DNA from: Catajapyx aquilonaris
Lineage: Eukaryota
Length of the DNA stretch: 51,978 nucleotides
Direction: 5' to 3'
Assembly: GCA_000934665.2 (NCBI GenBank)
Contig: KZ538174.1
Coordinates: 62,001 to 113,978, forward strand
The position numbers and the translations under genes are program-made. Shown here piece by piece: positions 10,372-22,879 of the stretch. A model generated the notes under the pieces. It worked only from the letters and a program-made list of their open reading frames with translations, made no database searches and was not told the DNA's origin. Within the stretch, counting starts at the first letter, position 1, and each line of letters starts with the position of its first letter.

Positions 10372-13300
10372 TCATTTTGATATCTTCATAATAAATTCAA
10401 TCTTCCGTTGAATCGTCTGGAATATGTACATCAAAGATATATATACATATATTTGTGCCCTTGCATTCAACTGACATTGTACCTACCGCAGCATCCTCCT
10501 TGTTGTGAACTGATACTATTTTTCCTGAATCTGTCCCAAACAATCCAAACACTTTCTTCTGCTCTTTGGCAGAAAATAGTAATCCTTTATCAATGAGGCT
10601 TGGAGGCTCTGACAATTCTGCCCAAGTGTAGCGCCATTGAACCTGTTAACAGATGGTTTGTTAGGAAGATGTAGCTGGTATCAGTGACATCTCTCAGTAT
10701 GCAGCCAATACTCACCTGCCACTGACCAAATAGATCACTCCGTTCAAGGTAAAAGACGCGCTTGTCAGATATGAGCAACGCTGTTTTGTTATCTGCAGAG
10801 AGCATAATGTGTTCAACGTACTGGTCTGTAGAGGCAAAGCGACCTTTCTCCATATCCTGTAAGATCAGCATTGGTAAGAAACAGTAGCAGTAACTATCTG
10901 TGCCCATACGCACCCGTAATATTTTCCAACCGACAGCTTCATGTGCACGATATGGCAGCACCAACCCATCCTGTTGTATTAGACGAGGGAGTCGTTGGCG
11001 CCTTGTCTCATCTCCCACTTCAGCAGCCCTATTAACAATCAGGTAGTAATGCTAATGGAACAGATGATCCTATCATGGCATACCTTTTGACAGCATCAAG
11101 TGAGCCACTGGCAAAATCAATAACTCCAGCAGTAGGTCTCGTAACCAAACCCATAACTCCTTTCCCAACACCCTTGAAAAATCCCTCCACGCCTTCTTCT
11201 CGTGCTCCGGATATTGGCTTCATGATTACTCCAGACACACCATCAAAAACTCCCTGCATAGAGTCCAAGTTTTACATTACACACAGCCAAATGGCATGAG
11301 ACCATGTTACACTTACCATAACAAGACCTTTGCCACTCTGCGCTAGTCCAGATCCTAGATCAGCTGGGCGCTGGTTCAAAGCCTGTCTTCTCTTACGCTG
11401 GTAATCCTCATCCATGCTTAGAGCAGCTATACCCTTGCCCAGAGTCCCTGTGATTCGGGAAACTGCTCCAGCTGCTCCACCTACAGTGTGTCCTAGTAAA
11501 CTTCTCATACCCAGAGCCAGACCTTCCGCAAATTCTCCTGGCCCTTGAATTGCTCCCTGTGAAAAACCATGATTTTCATCTTGCATCCATATTGCCTCTC
11601 AAGTGTTCCTCACCTGAAACGGCTCGTAGAATAAATCTTCTACTCCTTGAGTGATCCCCAAAACCAGGCTGAAGGGATTTCCAATTACATCCAAACCCAG
11701 GACCAGGACATACAGCTGCTTGATGGCTTGGCCCGTGTAGTGAATAGTGGCTTGCTGTATCAACTGCTGGTTGGTTATGAAGGTATGCTCACGCTCAAAA
11801 TAAGCCAACCTGTTTGAAAGACACTGGTAATGTCGCAGCAAATGGCATTTCAGGCATTATACAAACCTGAACACAACATCCTGTATCTCTGTGACAGTGA
11901 CACCAACACTCTGCAGAAGCAGGTTGAGGAAGTTCGTGTGTAATTGAGCAGGCCCTGATCCTTTAGTCCCACTACCACCACCCATGGAGAAGCTCACATG
12001 AACCTGTAAATGACCAATACGTAAGGCACATGCAAGCAAAAACAAAAAGCGAGTCAGCTCACCTTGAGTGGAGAGAAATGTAATAGGTCAAAGAAGTTCT
12101 TCTGATCCTGTGTGCTTTGAAGAACCACATGATGCATGAGAGGTGCATCAACTAATTCCAAATCCTTTTTGAACAACTTTTCCTGCAAACCACAACGTAG
12201 TTTTCCAGTCCTGCCTCCAGAATTTTAATTCCTCCACTCACATTAATTGAATCCTTCTCCTCCTGTGCAAACATCTCCAGAAGAGCGTTGATAATTCCTT
12301 GATCCACTTTGACATGAAACTCTTGAATCAGTACTTTAAAATACTTAAACTGCTGGATGGTGCTGTGCTGCGTAATCCTCTGCATTATGCTCACTTCGGT
12401 GAAGGGTTTGTGAGCTGCAAATGTTGTCATTTTAAGTACCTTAGGATAGTTTCACTGTCTTGGGTACTTACCACTATCAGCGGCAACACTCTTTGGTAAT
12501 GGAACTGGTGCAAACATGATGGGAAAAACGCAATCTGGAAGTTGATTGTCAATTTGGATGCGATTGATTTTAGCATGAATTTGAATCTGATGTGGAGAAG
12601 TTTTGTACTGCAGCCACAACCCAGTTTGAAAACTCCGACGCAGACGGCGTTTCTGTGGCTTCAACATTGTCCCCAAGGCAAAGTCGACCTATACGAGACA
12701 GTTGCTTAGTTGTCGAACTTTACGTACAATACCCTGTTAATTACCTCAAGCTTTGGATCAAGATGAATTGGCATCTGGGTTTCTTTGCCTACACGCAATT
12801 CACCCAGATAAATCTGATATGCAGTCTCAATTGCGAAACAGTCTTTCATGCTCAAAGCCTTGTAGCGTTTTCCCGCCTTTTTTGCAGTTTCCCAAATGAC
12901 TCCAGAGCTGAAATAAGGTCAGTCAGCAGTCATGGTAACATAACACAAGCTATAGCTTACCTTGTAATCCCCAAGTATAGAAGTTCTGTCTGTGCAATGT
13001 TGTTTATCAAGGAGAGACCAACACCATGCAATGATATTGTGATTTCCTGGTCCATTCTCTCCCATTCACCTGAGTTTTCTGCTCCAGATGCTTGGGCAAA
13101 ATAGTTGGTGAACATCAGGGTACGCTGCATCCCATCCAGAAATGACACCCAGAAAATACTGCTTTTGCTGTGGGGTACTTCACCAATGCCGTCCTTAACT
13201 AAGGTGTCGGTATGTGAACCTTTGTCACATTTCCAGGTTAGAGTACACGGGCCAGTGGGATTTTCCCATGCAAACAATCGAACTTGTTGGGGTTGTAGAC

Positions 13301-16300
13301 ATCTGCAAGAAGTTATAGTTAATCCTGGACATACTATTCATTTTGCTAGTACTTACATTACTTCATCAGCTCCCTTTTCAGTAAACTCAACTGGCACATC
13401 ACTGTGATTAATCAACCTTGCTGGAGAAAGTCCTGGACGGTATGTGTCAAGGGTAACATATACTGAAGACTCTGTCAAGTCACACTTGACGTGTAAAGCA
13501 CCATACTGGAAGAAATTAGAAATTTCAGTTCTGAACTCTTTGGCAAATTGCGTAAGATGATGCATAATTCTTAAGTGAGGCTTTCTTGTAACAAATTCAA
13601 GTTATATTCAACACTTGAACAAGTGAAAGTCTCAACTGCACCTGACTTGGATCTTTACTACCTTATCTGCCTACACGGATAATTATTGTACTGCACTCTG
13701 TCAATTAACTCTATCACACAAATCAACATTTCAATTTAATTAAAATCATAGGTCACATTGTCCAATTACTGGTCAAGTAAAAATCCCACTTGGTGAGAGA
13801 TGCCACAAGCGGCCAACTACAGTTTCTACCTGCTGCCTATGGTCCATTTCACCTGTTCGCAAATGATACTAATTATATTACTGGTGTGCATGGGAAGAAG
13901 AAAAAAAACTTGCCAAGAGGCTGTATTGTCCACAACAGAGTTAAGTTCTTTGCTCAGCACTGTATCATGATGTATTATAAAAGTCCTTTCCCATAAACAT
14001 GTCCCCTGCTTTTCGATCATTAGGAATGAGGTGCAAAAGTGCATTCCTGATAATTAAAGTTGTCATTACCTTGCATAATCTATTACTTTACAGGCTGATC
14101 CAAACTTTCTGTGCTTTCAGTTAGCCATTTCTTGGTACCAAACCACTCATTTTTATGCAGTTACTTTGTGGGGATTTTAAGATGCCATTATTAGCTAAAT
14201 GGAAGCATCTTTTCCATGTCCTGAGGTTTAATGGCTAATTGAAATGACAATGAGTTTGGGATACCCTATATTCAGCCATGAAATAGTGTTGCAAAAAAAA
14301 GGCCCCAGTAAGAAACATCTCTCAGGAATTCAATCAATTTTTTCTGAAATATATATCCCCCATTATGGAGGGTGATTCCAAATCTGTCACAAACTTCCAG
14401 GTCATGTTCCTAGGTACTAGAACTAGAGGATCATTTTATGTATAGAAGTTATTTGGTGAGTGTTGCTTTGCTACATAGAGAATGAGCTCAAATGCCCAAT
14501 GCAGAATATCCCGGTAGTGACACAAGAACCTGACTTAGTTATAAAATGTGTCTGTTATCATATAGTTTAAATTTACATTGGGACTATTACATGTAGAGGT
14601 CAGTCATCAAGAAAATGAAATGTTGAAGGCAAGCTCTGAAAAGAAAGACATGGTATGCACTATTTATTAATTAAGGCTAATTATCTTGATAATAATTTGA
14701 GGGGATACCTCTACATATAATGATCACCTAATATCCAGAAATTCACCTCAAAAGTGCCACAGAGGTTTGAAATGAAAATGTCCACATGATATAATTACTT
14801 TTGGAGAGTAACCCTGATGCATAATAAGAATTTCCTGTGCAGCACCCACAAATTACAATGCTTGCAAAAAGCAAAGGCATCACAAATTTGTTAGTTATTG
14901 GATGTCTCAGTTAAAATTGGAGTTATTATAAGGTTTGGAGAGATTATCATTTTCCTTCAAATGCAAGTTATCATTCTACTGCATGTCCCTTGCAGCAATC
15001 AATCTAACCTTGTTGTCCATTTTCAGCAAACTAGTATGCTCTTTGGTGAGAGAAAATGGGCTGGATTTCTCCTGAGTGCCTGGAATAGTAGCCACCAACT
15101 CCAGGTTGTTGGAATTCTTGGGCCAAAATGGAACACATTCTTTTGTTGGAATTGTGACCCAGGCAGAACTTCCATTCTTCTCTTGCACTTGTATGTCAAA
15201 TGGTGAGTTGTTTACAAGGATATGACGTGGAGTGAAGGTGATGAGCTTGGTAAGACTGATGTGGCTCAGCTTGATCTCAACTCCAACCTAAACATACAAA
15301 AAGGACATGGTTAACGTAGCATTAACTTACGACTTATTAAAAGTGAAGCTAGACTGACCTGAAATTGCATGCCAGCAGCCTTACATGTCACCAAACCAGA
15401 GCTTCCAGCCACATCCAATGAGAACTTGTCAGACCATTCACTGTCACCTATCTTGATTACTGCCTTCTTCTTGCCAAAGAAGGCCTTCCCACGGAAGGAG
15501 AACATGATTGGCCCACTATGGCCCAACTCGTGGGTGACAACGTTGGAAGGATCATCAGCCTGACAAGAAATTACATTGTTCAGAAACGTCTAGACTAAGC
15601 TAGTCCTAAAATGCAACAAAATGCAATGCACGGCACAGGAATCCTAGCACTACCCACCACCACCTGTTAATAGAATCAATGCAGTCATCCTGATACACTC
15701 GGTTGGTACCTTTGCAAAAGTGAATCATGGCAAATATGAGTTGCAGGGACAGGTGGAAAAGAAATGATACATGCGAAGGTATCTGTCAATGTGAGTCAGA
15801 TCAATCCACCATGGTTAGGGTAGAAGTTAATTGAGTTGCGTCACCTGACAGTTATATTAACTCACCTGTTCAGAATGTTTGGAACCAAGAGGAAAGCTGC
15901 AGACCCAAGACTGCAAGTAAATGATAAATGAAATCCAGAGCAATGTGTTGTCTACTGTTACTTTTTTATCCATAGGTTTAGAATGTGAGTCTCATGATCC
16001 GTGTCATTCCCAGAGAGTGAACCATGCATGTCACACTGACACATGCCAAATAGTGCAGGTGCAATTGGTAATTATCAGTAGAGTCTGGATTGTCATTTTT
16101 TCCCAACCGAATGGTGTGCCACATAAAACTTGCAAGTACTACTTGAAACATGTGCCTTTCCATTGATTAGCAAACAGTCATCAAGAAAAATTACGATGTG
16201 ATGGTAATCAACAATTCTACCAGGTGAAACCAAACTATTATTTGGTGATATGTTATTCCAACAATTAGTGATCTCAACTTTACTTCCACAACTGCACTTC

Positions 16301-19300
16301 ACAAACGTGAAGGTGGAAATGTGATACCTGTGAAACATCTCCATTTTCGGTTTTTGTCCCTTTGCCGTGCTTCTGTAAAGGGGCAACAAAAGAGAGCAAA
16401 AATGAGATGAGCATGCAGTATCAAATAAGCTCACGCCAGTTTGGAAGATCTGGGGCGCTGTATAAAGTAGACATATGCCATTAGAGAAGCTACAACAATT
16501 TGCAGCTCCTGCGAGTGACTTGATACATGACAGTACAATACATGACAGTATCAAATGTAACTTTCAAACAACAAGTGAAGGTAGAGAAAAGGGTTTCATT
16601 GGTTCTGCAAAGGAAAGGACCAAGGCAGAGGATAGTCACCTGGTATGGTTGGGTAATCAAACGGGTAAAGAGAAATTCCATGCAGTTGAAGGCCTTGCCT
16701 TGGCGCTGGAAAGGAGGTAGGCAAGGGATTTTAAAATTTGGAAGGAAGAAGGAATCTAAGTGAATGGTATGGAAAAAAATCACTCTGTAGATAACTATGA
16801 TTGATGTTGATAATAATCCAAGTACTCACTCGATATGTCAGTGTCATACCAGTCTTGTTCACCATCCAGAATGGGCTGTACAATGACATGGTATGAGTGC
16901 CTTCAAACTGAGTGCTGTGCATACCCAAATCCATGTAAATTTTATTGGAGTCTGTTGATTCAAATGTCCAGATATTCAGCTCCTGTACTGGCACTTGTAC
17001 TGGTGCTGTGCAAACCCAATTCTTCCCCAAGTACTCCTTTATCTGCAATCGAAACATGGCTTTACCACAAGCCCACAACAACAAATCTCTAACATGACTC
17101 ACCACTACAGTGAGCTGTGAACTGGTCAAATCAGCATTAGTGATGTGGACTTGGGTTCCAGATGGCACCTCTGTTCCATCTTGACTACCGTGCAGACTGT
17201 AGCATACTGGCACTGGCAGGTGACTTGTGAAAACCAGTGTAGGACGCAGGTGGATATTAAAGCAAGTGCTCACCATAGTACGCCTCTGCGAGTTCTCAAA
17301 AAACATTTGGTCTACCTCTCCGACAGCCTAAATACATTACAGCAGTTGAGTTATACTAGGTCAATCACTACAGGCAAAACCCAGAACATACATTGATGTA
17401 GAATGGTTCTCCTCCACTAGCAGACCGTGAGTTGCATTGCAACAAGGAGTGGGTGGTGATGTCCTTCAGGAGACTTTTCCATGCTACTGGACTCACTGAG
17501 AGAGTATATCTGCAACAAAGAAGGTTTGAAAAGTTATTCAAATTTTGTACCTTTCACCTAACCACTTACCCTGTGACACCAAAAAATAACTCGCTGGTAG
17601 GTGTGTAGATAGCATGCATTGGTAGGTTCAAGTATTTCTCCGGTTCGATGGTGCCTATACAAACCACCTCATTTCCTCGTTTGCTCATGTAATATGCATC
17701 CACTGACACATGAAAGTGATTGTAAATCTAGAACAAAGTTGCAAGTGTGACCATGTTTTCATCTCAGCCCGAGCTTTAACTCACCTTAATTATGCTACGC
17801 AAATTGATGATTTTGCATCCCTCCACCACACTAATATCGGACACAAGGGCATAATGATCTCCCTTCTCTGTGCGCTTGGGCAATGGAAAGTAACGCTTGT
17901 CTGCACGAGCCACGGGGATGTCTCGAGCATACTGAAGATCAGGAAGAAATATTGCCAAATTTGTTTCCTTCACTTCATCTTGCTCCTCCAGTAGAGATGC
18001 TCCCTTCTTTGAAAACCGCGAGACTTTCTCATCTTTCAAAACCAATGGCGTTTGGGTGCCTGGTTCCAACATGACTTCATTGTATTCTTCTTGACCACTG
18101 ACCTATGACAGGAAAATAGGTTGCATTAAAATCCAAGTCTTGTGGCACAAAATGGGAGCCATATGCCATTGAAAAGGAGGTCTGTGCTTATGCTGAAGTT
18201 CCCTACTGAAGAACAAGTGCAAATATGACTGGCTCTGACTGCATCTACTTATTTCATTACCTCCTTGCTGGAACAGAACTTCCACACACTCATGTCCACA
18301 AAACCCACACCCTCAGACCTTAGGCCTGGTTGCACCATTCACAGGATCAATCTCAGCAGGATTCAACAAACATGGTTTAGTGTTGGCAAGAATATTTATA
18401 TACTCGACCAATAGCAGCAGGTAAATGTGAGTAGATCTGCATGGGTTGATGCACCCCCCGGACACCCCCTGCCACTTTGTGTGAGCTTAGAGGTCCTGCC
18501 CCACCAAGGGGATTTGCCACAGGCGGCGCTGGGATCACGAACCTAGATAGGTTCGACGCACTAGAGAGGAAATTGTGAACCATATGGGTCGACTCCGATA
18601 GGCTGGGGTAGTTAAGGGCTCCCAAACTACCCCAGCTAATCGGAGTAAAACTAAGAGCTTCAGAATTTCCCGCTAGTAGCGGCGCACCTATCTAGGTTCT
18701 TGATCCCAGCGCCGCCCGTGGCAAACCCCCTTGGTGGGGGAGGACCACTAAGCTCACAGGGGGAGCAATGTATAAGGTATTCGAGTGTCCAGGGGGTGGG
18801 TTGATGCAACCCATCCTAAAGGTTCAAGTTTCTTTCCAGGAAAGTAGCAATGATTCTTTTGTTATCCAACTGACCTAAAATACTACAGTGAAACCTGCCC
18901 ATAACAGACCCTGGGTATAGCGGAAACCTGTCAATTGCGGAATTTTTTCCGGGAACGGGCACATGCATAGGGAATGCAATGTATTTTTGACGGATATAAT
19001 GGAACCTGCCCAATGTGGAAACGGAAGGCATTTTTGTCTCCCTTCAAAGAAAATCCCTGTTCATAACAGAAATCAAAAGGCTCACATTATCTCCTACGGG
19101 TTACAAAAATAGAAACTACAGCTGAGTTCCCATCAGCCTTCCCAGGCCCCTTTTTGGACCGCCCATGTCCGTGTGTCTCATAATTGCTGGAATAATTGCT
19201 TCCGTCCCGTGGCCTTGTTGATAAAGGGTGAGGAATGGGCCTATTTTTGGTTGGGATACTCGAAAAACTGCTTGTGGGACGGGTCAAGAAGATGTGACTC

Positions 19301-22300
19301 ATGTGATACGTAGATGCCTTTTAGTTCACTGTTCAGTCCAGTTTTAAAATGTCGGGGAAGAGGAAGGGGATTGACACGGGTTCAACATATTGCCCGAGTC
19401 CGGACTGGTGGTCCAATGGAGCAAGCAAAATTACGATTTTGCACCATATTGAGGTAAGGTGCTTATTTTTGTTCTCCCCATTATCCTCTCTTTCTCGCGG
19501 GCAAAAAAAAAATTAGTAAAGTCCTTGATCTGGTTATAGTGGAAAACTGTCCATAACCGAAAATTTTTGAGGTCCCGTGCGATTCCGCTGTACACAGGTT
19601 TCACTGTATAAGCTGTAGGTCCATTTCATTTACTATTTCAAATTACTTGCCAATTGTCAAACTTGTACCATTTTAACAATGGGCTTGATGATACTTTTGA
19701 CAACCACACTACACATTTCACTTTATGACAGGAAACTTTGCCAAACAGTTAGTGCTGCTGAAAACACAAAACTCTTTTGGGTACAAGGTAAGCATCAAGC
19801 GTGATTATATATCACATGTTGTGATGCTGTTGTGCATGCAAGAAAATATTTCCTTATATTTTACCTAAATAATGCACGTCCATACTGTTAGTTTTTAAGA
19901 TGGATTTATACCTCTGACATAAGGGCTGCATCATGGCCATAAGGTGGCATATCTGACTGTAAGTTTATGTCCACTATTCTTTTTCTTTAATTCTAACTAT
20001 ATCATGTGTTTCAGAATTTAACCTACATACGTATTGGGTAAAATTTTGTGGACACTAGCCTCAGTCGCCTTGCCTTAAAAGTTATTAAAAGTTATGGAGA
20101 CCACTGGAAACCCCTTTAATATACATGGTGGTTCCAAGTATTCATGTTGCTTTAGTTATAGGAAATTTTGCTCGAGGCTGTTATTTTTTTAAATTAGTTG
20201 CGCCCCAATCCAGTTGCCCTATTATATAGAAACTCCTATATTCAACCATCTGGGAATAATTGGGCATCTGGATCTTGGCACAACAGGGTACACAAAAATA
20301 ACTACCGTACTTCAGATGATATTAGCCATAACTAAAACTGACCCTGATACTTGGAACACCCTGTATATAACTATAAAACCCATGAAGACACTTGCAGGTG
20401 AGGAAACATGAGCAAGTGGAAATAAGAATCCCTAGGATTTTCACCAATACATAAAGATAAGAGCTCAGTTCGGAAACACGTGGTATGTAATATAGAGAGC
20501 TGTTGTGTATACAGTATTGCATAAATGTATGTGGAACATTAGCAGTCACATACACTGTCTGTTATTTGGTCCTGAGTGGTGTCTCTGCCTAGGAGATCAC
20601 AGCAACAGTGAAATTATTTGACTAATACAAGCCAAAATTGTAGGAGTGAGAAATGTTGAGAGACCAACAGGTAATGAGAGCCAATAAGATACATTTGTAT
20701 GCCCACATTACACCCTTTTGTATAGAGACCAGCAAGCAATTTTTTTGGCATACTTGCATGGTCACTTGTTATAGAAGTTATTATAATTATATAATTTTAA
20801 CAGTTTGAGTTATTTACTGCACTAACTAGCATTTTTTCTGCTCTTATCGCCAGGTGAAGACCATTTAGCCCTAAATATTCAAACAGAGCCAGCAAGCCAG
20901 GATTTTCTGTTTTCATTAGCCTGTACATATATGCAAGACAAATCTTTGCCTTCGATTATCTTGTAATTGGTTATTTGGCCTTGATGAATTTCACTTGTAT
21001 GCCCAGGATATATAATATCTCCTTAGTTGACACAGCATACGTTATGACAAATGACGTCTTCTGAACTATAATCTGACTATAATCTATATTGGGTCATATG
21101 CAGCACTTTGTCATTGTAAGAACAACCCATCTGTGGTATACCCATCACAACACTTCAGTTCCTAAAATCACACTAGTGCAAGATTAGTGGCACTGTGTAC
21201 AGAAAAAGGCCTGCACCTTTACCTTTGCTGCCTTCTCTGAGCCCTTCATTTTCTGCAAGAGATTAAATGTCACTACAGAACTCCTCAGAACAATCAGCCT
21301 ATCCATTTCCTATGCACTTATCTAGTACCTTCAAAGGCATGAGGAACATGACAAACATGACATTGATAACAATCATTAATACATGCACACTACGGATATA
21401 TGTTGAGAATCGTGTTCTGAAATATTTCAGGAAATGATATGTGCTCTTTGAAAAATCCAGACTGATAACAAAATATCAGAAAGTGTCTGAGGACAATTGA
21501 AACTTTACAAAGCACAAAAAAACTACATGCAGAGTAGAAGCACAGCTGTATTGTCTCAGCCAAAATTTGTGGGTTGTCGAGTCATTCAAATATCACCTAC
21601 TTGGAAAGCACTGTCTTTTAGTTGCAAAACAACAGTTGTCCCAGTATCATTTAGCACAACATATGGGCCAGCAGGTGATTCTCGTTTTGTAGATTTGGGC
21701 TTCACGGCTTCTTCAAATGATTCACCAAGAGAAGTTAACACTTCCAGAAAGGTTTTTGTCACTGTCAGGTCCAATGTTTCCTGTTGGAAATAAAAAGAGG
21801 ACCATAAACATGCAGCAGCAATTCCTGATGCTAAATTGTAAAAGAGTATTGTCCAAATGAAATACATAATAATCTACCCAAATCAGTGATAATGCCCAGT
21901 CTTGTACAAAACTACGTTAATGCAACCAATCCTATACACTCTAGTATATTATGCCCTTAAACAGAGGTCTCAAACATGCGGTCCGCGGGCAACTCAATTG
22001 CGGACCCACTGTCCTATCTCATGTTTTTGGCCATTATCAACATGTTTAGCAATTTGACAATGGACAATGAACAAATACCTTTACTTGATGTCTTTATACA
22101 GTACCTAGGTATTTATGGCTCTGCCATGAGTTCAGTGGGGAAGTCTGGGAAAATATTTCTTCTGAAAATGTCAGGTGAAGTACTTTGTCAGTTACACTGA
22201 CCTAAGATTGTGTGACCTTGAACACAAAAAATTTCACCTGCGGCTGGCTCTACTTGTTCTCTTCCCAGTTATTGTTTGCTTACCGTATTTACGCACATTT

Positions 22301-22821
22301 TTTCCGATTTTTGTAGCTCAAAAAGTAGGGTGCGTCTTATGCGGCAGGGCACAACGAGTGAAGCCCGTGAGAAATCGTCCACACACGTGCACAATTCCGG
22401 TGTGACCTTGCCACCTATACCTTTCAGATGCGTAGCATTGTCCCATTTTCCACTTGCCCCCCCTTTTTACTGGATTCTAATGGATTCCACATGCACATGC
22501 ATTGCACAGCATGCATTGCACGCGAGGTTGCTGCCGGCAGCTCGAGGCCAGTTCCCAAACTACGGCAATAAATCTGGGTGCGTCTTATATAAGTCAACAA
22601 CCGATTTTCCACGATTTTTCGCCTCAAAACCGGGGTGCGTCTTATACGCGTGTGCGTCTTATATGCACGTAAATACGGTAATACTACTTTCCTGTTCGCA
22701 TATGGCACTTCTGGTAAGTGCGGCCCGCACTAAAGTTCCCACAAGCTTATGTGGCCCTTTATCTAATCGAGTTTGAGACCCCTGTCTTACAACACTACCC
22801 AGACTTTTCAGAATAACAGGT

Positions 22822-22879
<58 letters not shown>

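Noticed and set aside
10397..10615. VPS13 ending at the ORF-track stop at 10397
   Set aside because: A canonical 70-nt intron (10417-10486) gives a more plausible last exon ending at 10372; intron retention is not excluded.
12592..13407. Long plus-strand ORFs opposite VPS13 exons (also 2634-3008 and 24437-24817)
   Set aside because: Antisense shadows of real coding exons, with no recognisable motifs.
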